Assembly: GCA_963705305.1 (NCBI GenBank)
Contig: OY970067.1
Span: 736,001 to 800,000, forward strand
Length of the DNA stretch: 64,000 nt
From: an uncultured Methylomirabilota bacterium
GTDB lineage: Bacteria; Methylomirabilota; Methylomirabilia; Methylomirabilales; 2-02-FULL-66-22
Direction: 5' to 3'
Made by a program: the position numbers and the translations under genes. Below are positions 49,003-58,852 of this stretch, piece after piece (position 1 is the first letter of the stretch; each line of letters starts with the position of its first letter). Under the pieces are notes generated by a model. That model was not told the DNA's origin and searched no databases. It saw nothing but the letters and a program-made list of their open reading frames with translations.

Positions 49003-50175
49003 ATGCGTGGGCTGCTGCTGGAGGCAAAGTGGGACCCCAAGCCAGGGTATCAGGTGAGTGAGTTCGAGAAGCGCACCGGGAAGGCCGTCACCGGCAACAG
49101 CGTCTATAAGGCGCCCAGCTTGGTGGTGCGCGAGGTCCCGGTCCCCAAGATCGGCCCGAAGGACGTGCTGCTCAAGGTGAAGGCCTGCGGGGTATGCGGG
49201 TCGGACATTCACATGTATGAGACGGATGCCCAGGGCTACGTCATGTACCCGGGACTGATGAAGCTCCCCTGCATCACCGGGCATGAATTCTCGGGCGTCG
49301 TCCAGGAGGTGGGGAAGGAGGTTCGCGACCTCAAGCCCGGCGACGTGGTCACGGCCGAGGAGATGATCTGGTGCGGCGAGTGCAAGCCGTGCCGCGGCGG
49401 CTTCGTCAACCAGTGTGTGAACCTCGAGGAGATCGGCTTCACCATCGACGGGGCCTTTGCCGAGTACATCGCCCTCGGGAGCAAGTACTGCTGGAAGCTG
49501 GACGCGATCGCCGAGCGGTATCCCGACCCCGAGACGGTCTACGAGCTGGGAGCCACCGTCGAGCCCACCAGCGTCGCCTACAATGCGGTCTTCGTCCGCG
49601 GGGGCGGGTTCAAGCCGGGCGCCTACGTCGTCGTCTACGGCGGCGGCTGCATCGGCCTGACCGCCATCGCCATGGTCAAGGCCGCCGGGGCCGCCAAGGT
49701 CATCGTCTTCGAGACGGTGGCGGAGCGGCGCACCCTCTGCACCGCCATGGGGGCCGATCACGTCTTCGATCCGGTGGGGCTGACCAAGCAGGGCACCCGG
49801 CCGTCGGACGTCGTCCTGGACCTCACGCACGGCGAGGGGGCCGATTTCCAGCTGGAGGCGGCGGGCGCCCCGCTCCACACCTTCCCCGAGATGGAGCGGG
49901 TCCTGGCGGTGAACGGGAAGATCGCCCAGGTCGGGCGGGCGGCCGACCGGGTGCCGGTCTACCTGGATCAGTTCCAGGTCCGCCACGCGCAGCTTTTCGG
50001 GTCGCAGGGGCACTCCGGCGACGACATCTTCCCCAACGTCATCCGACTCATGGCCAGCGGGGCCGTGGATAACCGGAAGATCATCACGGCCCGCTTCCGC
50101 CTGGACCAGGTTGTGGAGGCCATCAAGCGGTCGGGCAGCCGGACCGACGGCAAGATCCTCATCAAGCCGAATTAA
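49003..50175 (+). CDS. iolM: Scyllo-inosose 3-dehydrogenase-like Zn dehydrogenase
   Basis: N-terminal AKWDPKP extension; CGSDIHM..TD..GY..YPGL, GHEFSG, EEMIWCG and GSQGHSG recall Thermotoga IolM. Confidence 0.8.
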   Translation: MRGLLLEAKWDPKPGYQVSEFEKRTGKAVTGNSVYKAPSLVVREVPVPKIGPKDVLLKVKACGVCGSDIHMYETDAQGYVMYPGLMKLPCITGHEFSGVVQEVGKEVRDLKPGDVVTAEEMIWCGECKPCRGGFVNQCVNLEEIGFTIDGAFAEYIALGSKYCWKLDAIAERYPDPETVYELGATVEPTSVAYNAVFVRGGGFKPGAYVVVYGGGCIGLTAIAMVKAAGAAKVIVFETVAERRTLCTAMGADHVFDPVGLTKQGTRPSDVVLDLTHGEGADFQLEAAGAPLHTFPEMERVLAVNGKIAQVGRAADRVPVYLDQFQVRHAQLFGSQGHSGDDIFPNVIRLMASGAVDNRKIITARFRLDQVVEAIKRSGSRTDGKILIKPN

Positions 50176-50194
50176 CCGTGATTCGAAAGAACTG

Positions 50195-50272
50195 TTGAAC
50201 CGCCATGATGCCAAGGCAGCCCCTTTCAACTTCGAAATTCGAATTTTTTTCCTTGGCGCCTTGGCGGTGAGA
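50195..50272. repeat. REP-like hairpin repeat inside the iolM-iolN operon
   Basis: ACCGCCATGATGCCAAGG ... TTCGAAATTCGAA ... CCTTGGCGCCTTGGCGGT. Confidence 0.7.
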
Positions 50273-50360
50273 GTTCTTTGGATTGGGGCCAACCATCCGC
50301 ATCGCCGCAGCCGGCCCGCCACACGTGGCAGCTCCGGACCGCGGAGGAGGAAGAATCGCC

Positions 50361-51476
50361 ATGAGCGCCAAGATACCGAGTGGAGTCCTGGAGACGAAGC
50401 AGCCCGACCTGTGGTTCGAGGACAACGCCGTCGGCCGGCTCAAGAAGGAGATTTGGGAGGCGTCCGACGCCCAGATCGACGCCTGGCTGAAGGAATACGG
50501 GTTCCCAGCCCACGGCTGCGAGTGGGCCACGCCCGGCAGCTATATCCAGACCACCGTCCGCCACCAAGTCGAGGCCAACCGGAAGAAGAACGACATCGTG
50601 CTCGTCCCGGTCGGCTGCACCGAGAATCACGGCCAGCACATGGTGAGCGCCGCCGACACCCTGTACGTGAGCATGATCTGCGAGGGGGTACGCCGCTACA
50701 CCGCCAAGCAGGGCGCCCCGATCAGCCTGGTGCTCCCTCCCTTCAGCTACGGGGGCCACCCCTACCACCACCTGGGCATGCCCGGGACCGTCATCCTGCG
50801 AGAGGAGGTGGTGCGGGAGCTGATGATCGACGTCATGCTCGGCCTCTGGAACGACGGCTTCCGCAAGCAGATCTGGATCAACAACCACGGCCACCTCTGG
50901 ATGCTGGAATCCGCGCTGCAGGAGTTCTGCAAGCGCTACCAGCTCCCCGGCATCTACCGGGTGATGGACTGGCACCGGGCCGTCCGGGAGTTCTTCCGGA
51001 CGGTGGAGAAAGGGGGACAGTACGACACCCCCTTCATCCACGCCGACGAGTCCGAGACCTCCCTGTCCCTCTACCTCACCCCCGAGATGGTGGACATGAC
51101 CCGCGCGGTGGATACGGAGTCGGTCCAGTTCCTGCCGGGCGGCCACTTCGACACCTCGGTGGACATGTATCACCGCCCGCACCGCTGGAGCGAGGGCGAG
51201 GGCCACTTCGCCATCGAGATCAAGGGCACCCCCGAAGGGGTCGTCGGCAAAGCGACCCACGCCGATCCCAAGAAGGCCAAGCGGCCGCTGGTCGCGATCC
51301 TGCGCTACCTCACCCTGGTGCAGGACGAGATCCTGGCGGCCTTCCCCGCCGGCACGCTGCCGCCGGTGGAGAAGACCAGCCTGCGCGATCCGGCCGAGCT
51401 GGCCCCCTACCTCAAGGAGCCCATGAGCCCCGGGTGGAAATCGGTCTACGGACTCCCGCTGGTAGGGCCGCGGTAG
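50361..51476 (+). CDS. iolN: 3-dehydro-scyllo-inosose hydrolase-like (creatininase family)
   Basis: PVGCTENHG, NNHG and HADESETS motifs; position after iolM. Confidence 0.75.
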   Translation: MSAKIPSGVLETKQPDLWFEDNAVGRLKKEIWEASDAQIDAWLKEYGFPAHGCEWATPGSYIQTTVRHQVEANRKKNDIVLVPVGCTENHGQHMVSAADTLYVSMICEGVRRYTAKQGAPISLVLPPFSYGGHPYHHLGMPGTVILREEVVRELMIDVMLGLWNDGFRKQIWINNHGHLWMLESALQEFCKRYQLPGIYRVMDWHRAVREFFRTVEKGGQYDTPFIHADESETSLSLYLTPEMVDMTRAVDTESVQFLPGGHFDTSVDMYHRPHRWSEGEGHFAIEIKGTPEGVVGKATHADPKKAKRPLVAILRYLTLVQDEILAAFPAGTLPPVEKTSLRDPAELAPYLKEPMSPGWKSVYGLPLVGPR

Positions 51477-51616
51477 CGCCCGCTCGTCGCGCTTTTTCAG
51501 AGGGGGGGACTCGGCTGTCCCGCGGCTGGGCAGCGAGCCCAGCCGTCCATGTCGGCTGACCGCTGATTGCTGATCGCTCGCCGGGCAGGGCTCCGCCTGC
51601 CAGAGGTGGCGCACCC

Positions 51617-52426
51617 ATGGGACGCTATCGGTACTTCCTGGCCATTCAAACGCGGCTGCCGGAGGATTACACGGCAGACGCGGAGTTCCGCCGGAACCTG
51701 GAGGCGCTGCAGCGTCTCGGCTTCGACGGGGTGGAGCTGAACATCCGCGATCCGGAGTCCGTGGAGCCCGGTCGCCTGAAGGCGCACCTCGCAGAGTTCG
51801 GCCTGGTCCTTTCCATGTTCGCCTCCGGCCTCACGGCCAAGACCTATCGGCTTTCCCTCGCCACAGCCGACGAGGGGCGGCGGCGCGAGGCGGTCCGGCG
51901 CAGCGTCCGCTTCCTGGAGTACGCGCACGAGTTCGGCGCGGGGATGATTGCCGGCCTCCTCAAGGGCGCGCCCCAGGAAAACGACCCGGCGGCGCTGGAG
52001 CGGCTGGCCGCCTCCGTGCTGGAGCTCGCCCCGGTCGCCGACCGGCTCCGGACCCCGCTGCTCATCGAGGCGGTGAACCGGTACGAGTCGCCCGTCGGTC
52101 ACAGCCTGGCGGACACCTGGGGCATCGCCGGCCGCGCCGGAAGCCCCTTCGTCCAGATCCTTCCGGACACCTTCCACATGAACATCGAGGAGACGAACAT
52201 GGAGCAGGCCCTGCGAACCCACCGGGCCTGCTTCAGCTCCCTCCACCTCTCGGACAACACGCGGTACTTCCCCGGCTTCGGAGCCCTGGATTTCGCCCGC
52301 ATCATCGGGATCCTGGACGGACTGGGCTACCAGGGGAAGCTGGCCATCGAGGGGAACGTGCGGACGAGCTTCGTCGCCGACGTGGAGACGGCCATGCAGC
52401 ACCTGGCGCCGGTCTTGGGTCGGTAG
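51617..52426 (+). CDS. iolO: Sugar epimerase, TIM barrel (5-keto-L-gluconate epimerase IolO-like)
   Basis: GFDGVEL, EAVNRYE, DTFHMNIEE and HLSD.TR..PG.G motifs; context iolM-iolN. Confidence 0.65.
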   Translation: MGRYRYFLAIQTRLPEDYTADAEFRRNLEALQRLGFDGVELNIRDPESVEPGRLKAHLAEFGLVLSMFASGLTAKTYRLSLATADEGRRREAVRRSVRFLEYAHEFGAGMIAGLLKGAPQENDPAALERLAASVLELAPVADRLRTPLLIEAVNRYESPVGHSLADTWGIAGRAGSPFVQILPDTFHMNIEETNMEQALRTHRACFSSLHLSDNTRYFPGFGALDFARIIGILDGLGYQGKLAIEGNVRTSFVADVETAMQHLAPVLGR

Positions 52427-52530
52427 GCGCCCGCGCCGCCGGGCGGGCCCAGGCGCGTGTCCGCGGCCGGGAGGCGGGGACCCCCGCGGCACAGCTCTTT
52501 AGGAGGGTGCTGAATAACTCGCTTTCATTG

Positions 52531-52711
52531 AGGCTGATCAAAAGGGCCCAAGTGCAAGGCGCCGCGCCGGGTACCCATCCGTGAGGATGGGTGCAGGCGC
52601 GAGGCGTACTTAGCACGTACGTCGCAGCGTCGCGGGAGCGCGCGGGTACCCGGCCGTAGGCTGGGCACCCATCAGATGGGTACCCGGCAGATGGGACTTT
52701 TTCAGCAGCCT
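52531..52711. mobile_element. MITE-like palindromic element
   Basis: Imperfect TIRs AGGCTGATCAAAAGGGCCCA / TGGGACTTTTTCAGCAGCCT; internal hairpins; extra partial end AGGGTGCTGAATAA at 52504. Confidence 0.7.
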
Positions 52712-52908
52712 GTCAGGAAGACGAACGCCCGGCTCCACCTTACGGAGCCGGGCGTCGGTCTTTTCTCGGACAGGCAGGGGGACGGGGGACGCCCCCTGGC
52801 AGGGCTACTCCAGCGCCGCGGGGACGCGCGACCCGACCGAGCACCCGACGGCGAGCCGGCCCCCCGGAATTCCTCCCGGCGCCCGCCGCGACCGGCCGAC
52901 CTGACGGG

Positions 52909-54183
52909 CTACCGCGCGACGAACTCCCGGTAGTTGTCCCGCAGCAGGCGCGCCACGTCCGCCTGGATGTGCTTGGCCGTCACCCGGAAGCCCGTGGCCT
53001 CCAAGTCCACATACTTGTCCGCCAGCACCTTGGCCAGCGTGCGACGGCTGTGCTCCCACTTGTACAGCAGCTGATCCAGGATCCGGGCATCCGAGTGCTG
53101 GGGGACGAAGCTGGTCCCCAGCAGCTCCAATCGCATCCGGGTGATCTCCTCGACCAGGGAGGGATTGTTCAGGAACCACCAGCAGCCGAAGGGCAGCAGG
53201 TTCCCGAACTTCCGGGCCGACGCGGCCAGCTCGTGCTGGTTCTCCCGCGCCAACATCGTCACTATGAACTTGTTCCTGGGAAAGTCCCGGCAGAGATTCA
53301 CCACCGACATCACATCCGCCGCTCCCACCGTGTCCCCGCCCTCCTGCAGCCCGGGATTGACGCGCAGCCTGGCGCCGATCATGAGGGCCCAGGGGGTCCG
53401 CCGCTCCGCCAGGACCGGCATCAGCGCCTCCTGGATGAACCGGTCGCCGGCCGGGTTCGCAGGATCCGGATAGCGGAATTCCGGCGGGAGGCTTGTGGCC
53501 ACATAGACCGCCCGCATGTGATCCAGCCAGTGCGCGAGAAAGCGCCGCACCTCCTCGACGGTCCTCCCGGAGAAGTCCGGTCGGGCCTCGTAGCCCCAGC
53601 CGGCCAGCTTGGCGCACGCTTCCGGCCAGTTCCGGAGCAGCGGGTCGATCCGCAGGACCGCCGCGAAGCGCGGATCGCCGGCCCCCTTCGGTCTCTTCTC
53701 CCACAGGCCGCGCTCGTGGTCGTCGAACACCGGATTGGTCATCGTGATGAGGTCGACGTTGGCGGCCCGCATCACCTTGTCGATATACTTGTCGGGGTTC
53801 TGCCGGGCGAACCACTTCCGGTAAGGAGCCAGCGACTTCTCATTGGGATCCAATCCCAGCATCTCCAGAGCCGTGAGCACTCCCCGGCAGGCCTCGCTGA
53901 CGGGCGCGCGCTCCACAAACAGGTGCTTCCAGATGTGGTCGGCCTGGGCCGACTTGCCCAGGGACCAGAATTTCTCATAGGGGAACTGCGTGGCCGGCAC
54001 GACCCGGAACACCTCGGCCACCAGGTAATGGTACGTCACCAGCTCGCCCACCCCCCAGAGCAGCAGCGCCCCCGGCGCCGGCGACGCCCCGAACACCGGA
54101 GGATAGGAGTGGGTGTGGAGATCGCTGACGGGCTGGGACCAGACCGCTTTGTCGACCTGTTGCTCGATGCGCGCCCGGCTCAT
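52909..54183 (-). CDS. Uronate (glucuronate) isomerase, divergent Bh0493-like type
   Basis: DLHTH, TYHYLVAE, SEACRG, FGCWWF and QHSDAR motifs. Confidence 0.85.
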   Translation of the reverse strand: MSRARIEQQVDKAVWSQPVSDLHTHSYPPVFGASPAPGALLLWGVGELVTYHYLVAEVFRVVPATQFPYEKFWSLGKSAQADHIWKHLFVERAPVSEACRGVLTALEMLGLDPNEKSLAPYRKWFARQNPDKYIDKVMRAANVDLITMTNPVFDDHERGLWEKRPKGAGDPRFAAVLRIDPLLRNWPEACAKLAGWGYEARPDFSGRTVEEVRRFLAHWLDHMRAVYVATSLPPEFRYPDPANPAGDRFIQEALMPVLAERRTPWALMIGARLRVNPGLQEGGDTVGAADVMSVVNLCRDFPRNKFIVTMLARENQHELAASARKFGNLLPFGCWWFLNNPSLVEEITRMRLELLGTSFVPQHSDARILDQLLYKWEHSRRTLAKVLADKYVDLEATGFRVTAKHIQADVARLLRDNYREFVAR

Positions 54184-54638
54184 GGGAATCCTCCTCGGCG
54201 GTGAATGTGTCGACCGGCCTCCGGCGAAGCATGGGCTACCCGAGGGAGCGCCGCGGGCGGAACCGGCATCCGACGACCAACCGCACCGTTGGCTGTTCGC
54301 GGCGCCCGTGCCCACTGCAGCATCCTCCAGGGTTCGCACCACTGTCAAGGCCTATTGCGCCGCGTTCCGGCGCGAACGCCGGGCCGATCCTGCCAGGAGC
54401 CTCGACCGGGCGCCCGCCGCGCCTTGCACTGTCTGCAGGGTTGCGCACAGGGGGGCGAAGCGGGTATCATTCCTCCCCGGGCGTCCAGGATCGGGCCGTC
54501 CTCCCCCCGTTCTGTTACGGCGAGGCGAGGGGCGGATCTGTGTGCGCCCGGAAGGGCTGGCGAATTTCCGGGCGGAGGGATGGGATCGTCGTAGCGCGGC
54601 GGCCCGGAGCTCCCCCGGAACGCCGGAGGAAGCACCCC

Positions 54639-55898
54639 ATGAAAGAGCAGCCGGCGCCGAAGCGCCGAGTGGTTGTCACGGGAATGGGGGCGCTCACCCC
54701 CCTGGGTATCGGGGTGGAGGAAAGCTGGCAGGCGCTCTGCCGCGGAGTCTCCGGCATCCGGCGGATTTCGCGGTTCGACACCACAAACCTCCGCACCAAG
54801 ATCGCCGGCGAGGTCAAGGGGTTCCGGCCGGCCGATTTCATGGACCCCCGGTTCGAGAAGCGGTTCGATCGCTTCATCACCTTCGGGCTGGCGACCAGCC
54901 GCATGGCGGTCTGGGACAGCAAGCTGGAGATCACCCCCCAGAACTCCGGCCGCATCGGCGTGATCGTCGGCAACTCCCTGGGGGGCGTGATGCTGCTCGA
55001 GGACAGCTTCCGCCTCATCGCCGAGGGCCGGGAGCGACGGGTCTCCCCCTTCTTCGTGCCCGGCATGCTCCCCAGCATGGCCTCCAGCCTCGTCGCCATC
55101 GAGCTGGGCATCCGCGGCCCGTGCCTTGTCATCAATGCCGCATGCGCGTCCGGATCGGATGCCATCGGCTCCGGACTTCGCCTGATCCAGTCCGGCGAGG
55201 TCGATGTGGTCCTGGCCGGGGGCACGGAGGCGGCTATCAGCCGCGTCATGTTCGCGGGCTACCACCCCATGAAGGCCACCACCGCCCGCAACGATTTCCC
55301 GGAGAAGGCATCGCGCCCCTTCGACCGCAACCGAGATGGGTTCGTTCCGGCGGAGGGGGCCGGCATGCTTGTTCTGGAAGAGCTGCAGACAGCGGTCGAC
55401 AGGGAAGCCAGAATTTACGGCGAAATCGCCGGCTACGGCTCCGTGTGCGAGGCCTACCACATCACGGGCCCGGACCCGGCCGGTACTGGCGCCATCGGCT
55501 GCATGACGCGGGCGCTCGCCGACGCGAATCTCCCCCCCGCCGCCGTCCAGTACGTCAACGCCCACGGCACATCCACCCCATTGAACGACATCGTAGAGAC
55601 CAAGGCCATCAAAAGCGTCTTCGGAGACCAGAGTCGCCGGCTCATGGTCAGCTCCAACAAGTCCATGACCGGCCACGCGGTCGGCGCGGCCGGGGCCATC
55701 GAGGCCATCTTCTCGCTGTGCGCCATCCAGGACGGCATCGTTCCTCCCACGATCAATTACGAGACACCCGACCCCGAGTGCGATCTCGATTACGTGCCGA
55801 ATACGGCCCGGCAGGCGCGGGTCGACGTCGTGCTGTCCAATTCCTTTGGCTTCGGCGGCACGCACGCATCCCTCGTCTTCCGCCGATTCACCGGGTGA
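54639..55898 (+). CDS. fabF: Beta-ketoacyl-ACP synthase II
   Basis: RRVVVTG, ACASG (Cys), SRPFD..RDGFV, NAHGTST, KSMTGH and SNSFGFGG motifs. Confidence 0.9.
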   Translation: MKEQPAPKRRVVVTGMGALTPLGIGVEESWQALCRGVSGIRRISRFDTTNLRTKIAGEVKGFRPADFMDPRFEKRFDRFITFGLATSRMAVWDSKLEITPQNSGRIGVIVGNSLGGVMLLEDSFRLIAEGRERRVSPFFVPGMLPSMASSLVAIELGIRGPCLVINAACASGSDAIGSGLRLIQSGEVDVVLAGGTEAAISRVMFAGYHPMKATTARNDFPEKASRPFDRNRDGFVPAEGAGMLVLEELQTAVDREARIYGEIAGYGSVCEAYHITGPDPAGTGAIGCMTRALADANLPPAAVQYVNAHGTSTPLNDIVETKAIKSVFGDQSRRLMVSSNKSMTGHAVGAAGAIEAIFSLCAIQDGIVPPTINYETPDPECDLDYVPNTARQARVDVVLSNSFGFGGTHASLVFRRFTG

Positions 55899-55948
55899 GT
55901 GGGCTCCGCGGAGCCGGGGTGAGGCTTCGCGGAGAAGGGAGGGTTGCC

Positions 55949-57571
55949 ATGGGTGACTTCGGCGAGCTCTTTGCGCGGGACTTCACCTACCTGCGAGCCT
56001 TCATGAAGAATGTCGCTCGCTACCCCGACCGGTACGCCTTGACCTGCACGACCCGGCAAGAATCCTGGACATACAGGGCGTTGAATGCCGAGTGCAACCG
56101 GCTGGCCCGTGCCTTCCTCGACTGGGGGCTCGGACCGACCGACGTGGTGATGGCCTGCCTGTTCAATACGGCGGAGTTCGTATTCTGCTGGATCGGGACC
56201 CAGAAAATGGACGCGGTGTTCTCGCCGATCAACTTCCGGCTGTCCGAGGGGGAGATCGCAGCCCATATCGAGGACTCCTCGCCGAAGCTCTTCCTGTACG
56301 ATGCCGACCTCAAGGAAATCATTCAGCGGGCCGTCCGACGCACGGAGCACCCGCCCGAGACCCTGATCATGGTGGGAGAGGGGGAGACTCCGCGGGGTTC
56401 CCTCGCCTACGCCGACTTTGTCGCGGGCAAGGCCGAAGACGATGTGGGGGTCTGTCGCAAGGGTCCCTTCGACGAGATCCTCAGGCTGTACACCTCCGGA
56501 ACCACCGGCCAACCCAAGGGGGTGCCGCTGACCAACGTCAACAACCTCCTCCGGAGCTACGACGTGATCATGCACTTCCCCTTGAGTCCCAACGACAAGG
56601 TCATGAACATGACCCCTTGGTTCCATGCAGGCGGGGTGCACACCGGCCCCTGCCCGAGCCTCCACGCAGGGGCGGAGAGCGTGGGACTGAAGGCGTTCAG
56701 TCCCAAACTGGTTCTCGACTCCGTCGAGAAGCTCCGGCTCACCTTCCTCGTGGGGGCCCCCACCAGCCTCGAGCTGCTCTCCCTGGCGCAGGCCAATGAG
56801 CCGCGGGATCTGAGTAGCTTGAAGGGGATCGTCACCATGGGGGCCCCCTTGAGCCGCGAGGCCTGCCTGAGATACCACGAGCTCCTCACCCCCAATATCT
56901 TCAACGGGTACGGGACCACCGAAACGTTCTGGAACACATTCCTGCGCCCGTACGACCTTCCGGCCAAGGCCGGCTCCGCGGGTCGCTCGTGCACCGACGA
57001 TATCGTGCGGGTGGTCAAGATCCCGGAAGACAGGACACACGCCGAGCCGGATGATCTGGTGGCCAGGGATGGAAAGGAAGAAGGCGAGGTCATCATCCAG
57101 ACGCTGAAGGCTCCCTACCGCTATCACAACAAGCCCGAAGACGAGCGCAGGAACTACTACCAGGGGTGGTACTATACCAAGGACATCGGCTGCTGGGACG
57201 AGGCCGGCTACGTCACCATCTGCGGGCGCCGCGACGACATGATCATCTCCGAGGGGGAGAACATCCACCCGGCGCAGGTCGAGGCCATCATCAACGAGTA
57301 TCCCAAGGTCGCCGACTCGATCGTCGTCGGCGTCCCGGATGCCGTGAAGGGGCAAGCGGTGGCCGCCTACGTGGTCCTCAAGGACGCCAGCCTGACGACG
57401 CGGGAGCTGTTCCAGTTCCTGACCCACCATCCGCGGCTGGCCCTCTTCAAGCGACCCCGCTATTTCAAGTTCGTCGATCAGATTCCGCTCACGGCGACCG
57501 GCAAGAAGAAGCATTTCCTGATCGAGGCACGGGCCAGGGAGGATCTCGAAAAGGGCGATTTGAAGCGCTGA
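55949..57571 (+). CDS. Acyl-CoA synthetase (AMP-binding enzyme)
   Basis: YTSGTTGQPKG, YGTTE, GRRDDMII and KRPR motifs. Confidence 0.92.
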   Translation: MGDFGELFARDFTYLRAFMKNVARYPDRYALTCTTRQESWTYRALNAECNRLARAFLDWGLGPTDVVMACLFNTAEFVFCWIGTQKMDAVFSPINFRLSEGEIAAHIEDSSPKLFLYDADLKEIIQRAVRRTEHPPETLIMVGEGETPRGSLAYADFVAGKAEDDVGVCRKGPFDEILRLYTSGTTGQPKGVPLTNVNNLLRSYDVIMHFPLSPNDKVMNMTPWFHAGGVHTGPCPSLHAGAESVGLKAFSPKLVLDSVEKLRLTFLVGAPTSLELLSLAQANEPRDLSSLKGIVTMGAPLSREACLRYHELLTPNIFNGYGTTETFWNTFLRPYDLPAKAGSAGRSCTDDIVRVVKIPEDRTHAEPDDLVARDGKEEGEVIIQTLKAPYRYHNKPEDERRNYYQGWYYTKDIGCWDEAGYVTICGRRDDMIISEGENIHPAQVEAIINEYPKVADSIVVGVPDAVKGQAVAAYVVLKDASLTTRELFQFLTHHPRLALFKRPRYFKFVDQIPLTATGKKKHFLIEARAREDLEKGDLKR

Positions 57572-57639
57572 GTCCGGACGGACGGGTGGGCGGCGGCGCG
57601 CCGGGAGCGGTCCCCGGCTCCCCCGGCGGTGGGTTCTCC

Positions 57640-58785
57640 CTACCGCGCGAAGGTCGGGACGTATTCGCGGGCGTGCTCGAACATGGCGAGGACGTTCTCC
57701 GTTGGCACATCGGGCTGGATGTTGTGGCAGGAGGAAAAGATATAGCCGCCCCCCTCGCCCATGGCCTCGATCAGCTCTTCCACCATTCGCCTTACCTCCC
57801 GGAGGCTCCCCCGGGGCAGGATATGCTGATTCTCTGTGCCTCCCCAGAAGGCCAGGCGACCGCCGTACCTCCGCTTCAGCTCGGCGGGCTGCATCCCGGC
57901 GGCGGTGGGCTGGACGGGATTGAGGCCATCCACCCCGATCTCGATGAGGTCCTCGAGGATGTCGGCGACGGATCCGCAGGAGTGAAAGACCAGCTTGGCA
58001 GGCGACAGGTCGTGCACGGCCTGGAAGAACTTGCGGTGCCGCGGCTTGATGGACTTCAGGTAGTGCTGGCGGCTCACCTGGAGCCCCATCTGGGTCCCCA
58101 GATCGTCCGAGCAGACGATGACGTCCACATCCCGCCCGACCTGCCTGAGCTGGTTCTTGGTGATCTGAATCGTGACCTCCAGGACGGCATCGAAGAGGAC
58201 CTCCAGCCGCCTCAGATCCACCACGAAGTCACAGAACCAGTCCTCGAAGCCGCGCAGGTACTGGCTGATGTGGACGAAAGCCGAGGACACGTTCAGGACG
58301 ACCGCGCAATCCGTCTGCTCCCGGATCCGGCGCACGCGCTCCCGAAGGCCGGCCACCAGGCCGGGATCGTCGGGGTCCGGCCAGGGGTACTTCAGAATGT
58401 TGCCAGTGGTGATCTCTCCCGCCAGGGGCGAGCCCTTGAGGTCGTAGTAGTAGCTGCCCTCGGGCTGGACCCGCTCCACCCCCCACATATCTCGGTAGGC
58501 GCGCGGCCCCAGCTCCGCCAACACCCCTCGCGTCGCCGTGCCGGGCGAGACTCCCCGGGTGTCGATCGACAGCGCCCGCAGCGCGGTCTCGTCGATCTCG
58601 GCGATGCGCATCATGCGATCCACCAGGCGCGTTCCCGCCCCGATCCCGAAATGGGCCTTCAGTCGCTCGTACCCCTCCACCACCATGCTGGAGTTGCGCG
58701 TCCCGCCCAGATCCATCGGCACGCGATCCGGCTGCCGGTGGGATAGAGCCGCTATCACACGCTCGCGCGATGTCATCTGACTCAC
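57640..58785 (-). CDS. URO-D/MtaA-like family protein
   Basis: MTSRERV...PDRVP, DMWG, LRGFE, DDLGTQ, HSCG and HNIQ motifs. Confidence 0.88.
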   Translation of the reverse strand: MSQMTSRERVIAALSHRQPDRVPMDLGGTRNSSMVVEGYERLKAHFGIGAGTRLVDRMMRIAEIDETALRALSIDTRGVSPGTATRGVLAELGPRAYRDMWGVERVQPEGSYYYDLKGSPLAGEITTGNILKYPWPDPDDPGLVAGLRERVRRIREQTDCAVVLNVSSAFVHISQYLRGFEDWFCDFVVDLRRLEVLFDAVLEVTIQITKNQLRQVGRDVDVIVCSDDLGTQMGLQVSRQHYLKSIKPRHRKFFQAVHDLSPAKLVFHSCGSVADILEDLIEIGVDGLNPVQPTAAGMQPAELKRRYGGRLAFWGGTENQHILPRGSLREVRRMVEELIEAMGEGGGYIFSSCHNIQPDVPTENVLAMFEHAREYVPTFAR

Positions 58786-58852
58786 GGCAACTCCTCCTGC
58801 ATCGGGCGGGGAGGCGGCGCGCCAGAGTGCGCCGGGGGTCCCCCCCGGCCTC

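Noticed and set aside
51555..51580. GCTGACC-GCTGATT-GCTGATC heptamer run
   Set aside because: Only three degenerate units in a single copy; noted but not interpretable
54113..55948. 1152-aa ORF suggesting a giant fusion with the acyl-CoA ligase
   Set aside because: The N-terminal part is an off-frame shadow of fabF; the ligase has its own RBS and ATG at 55949
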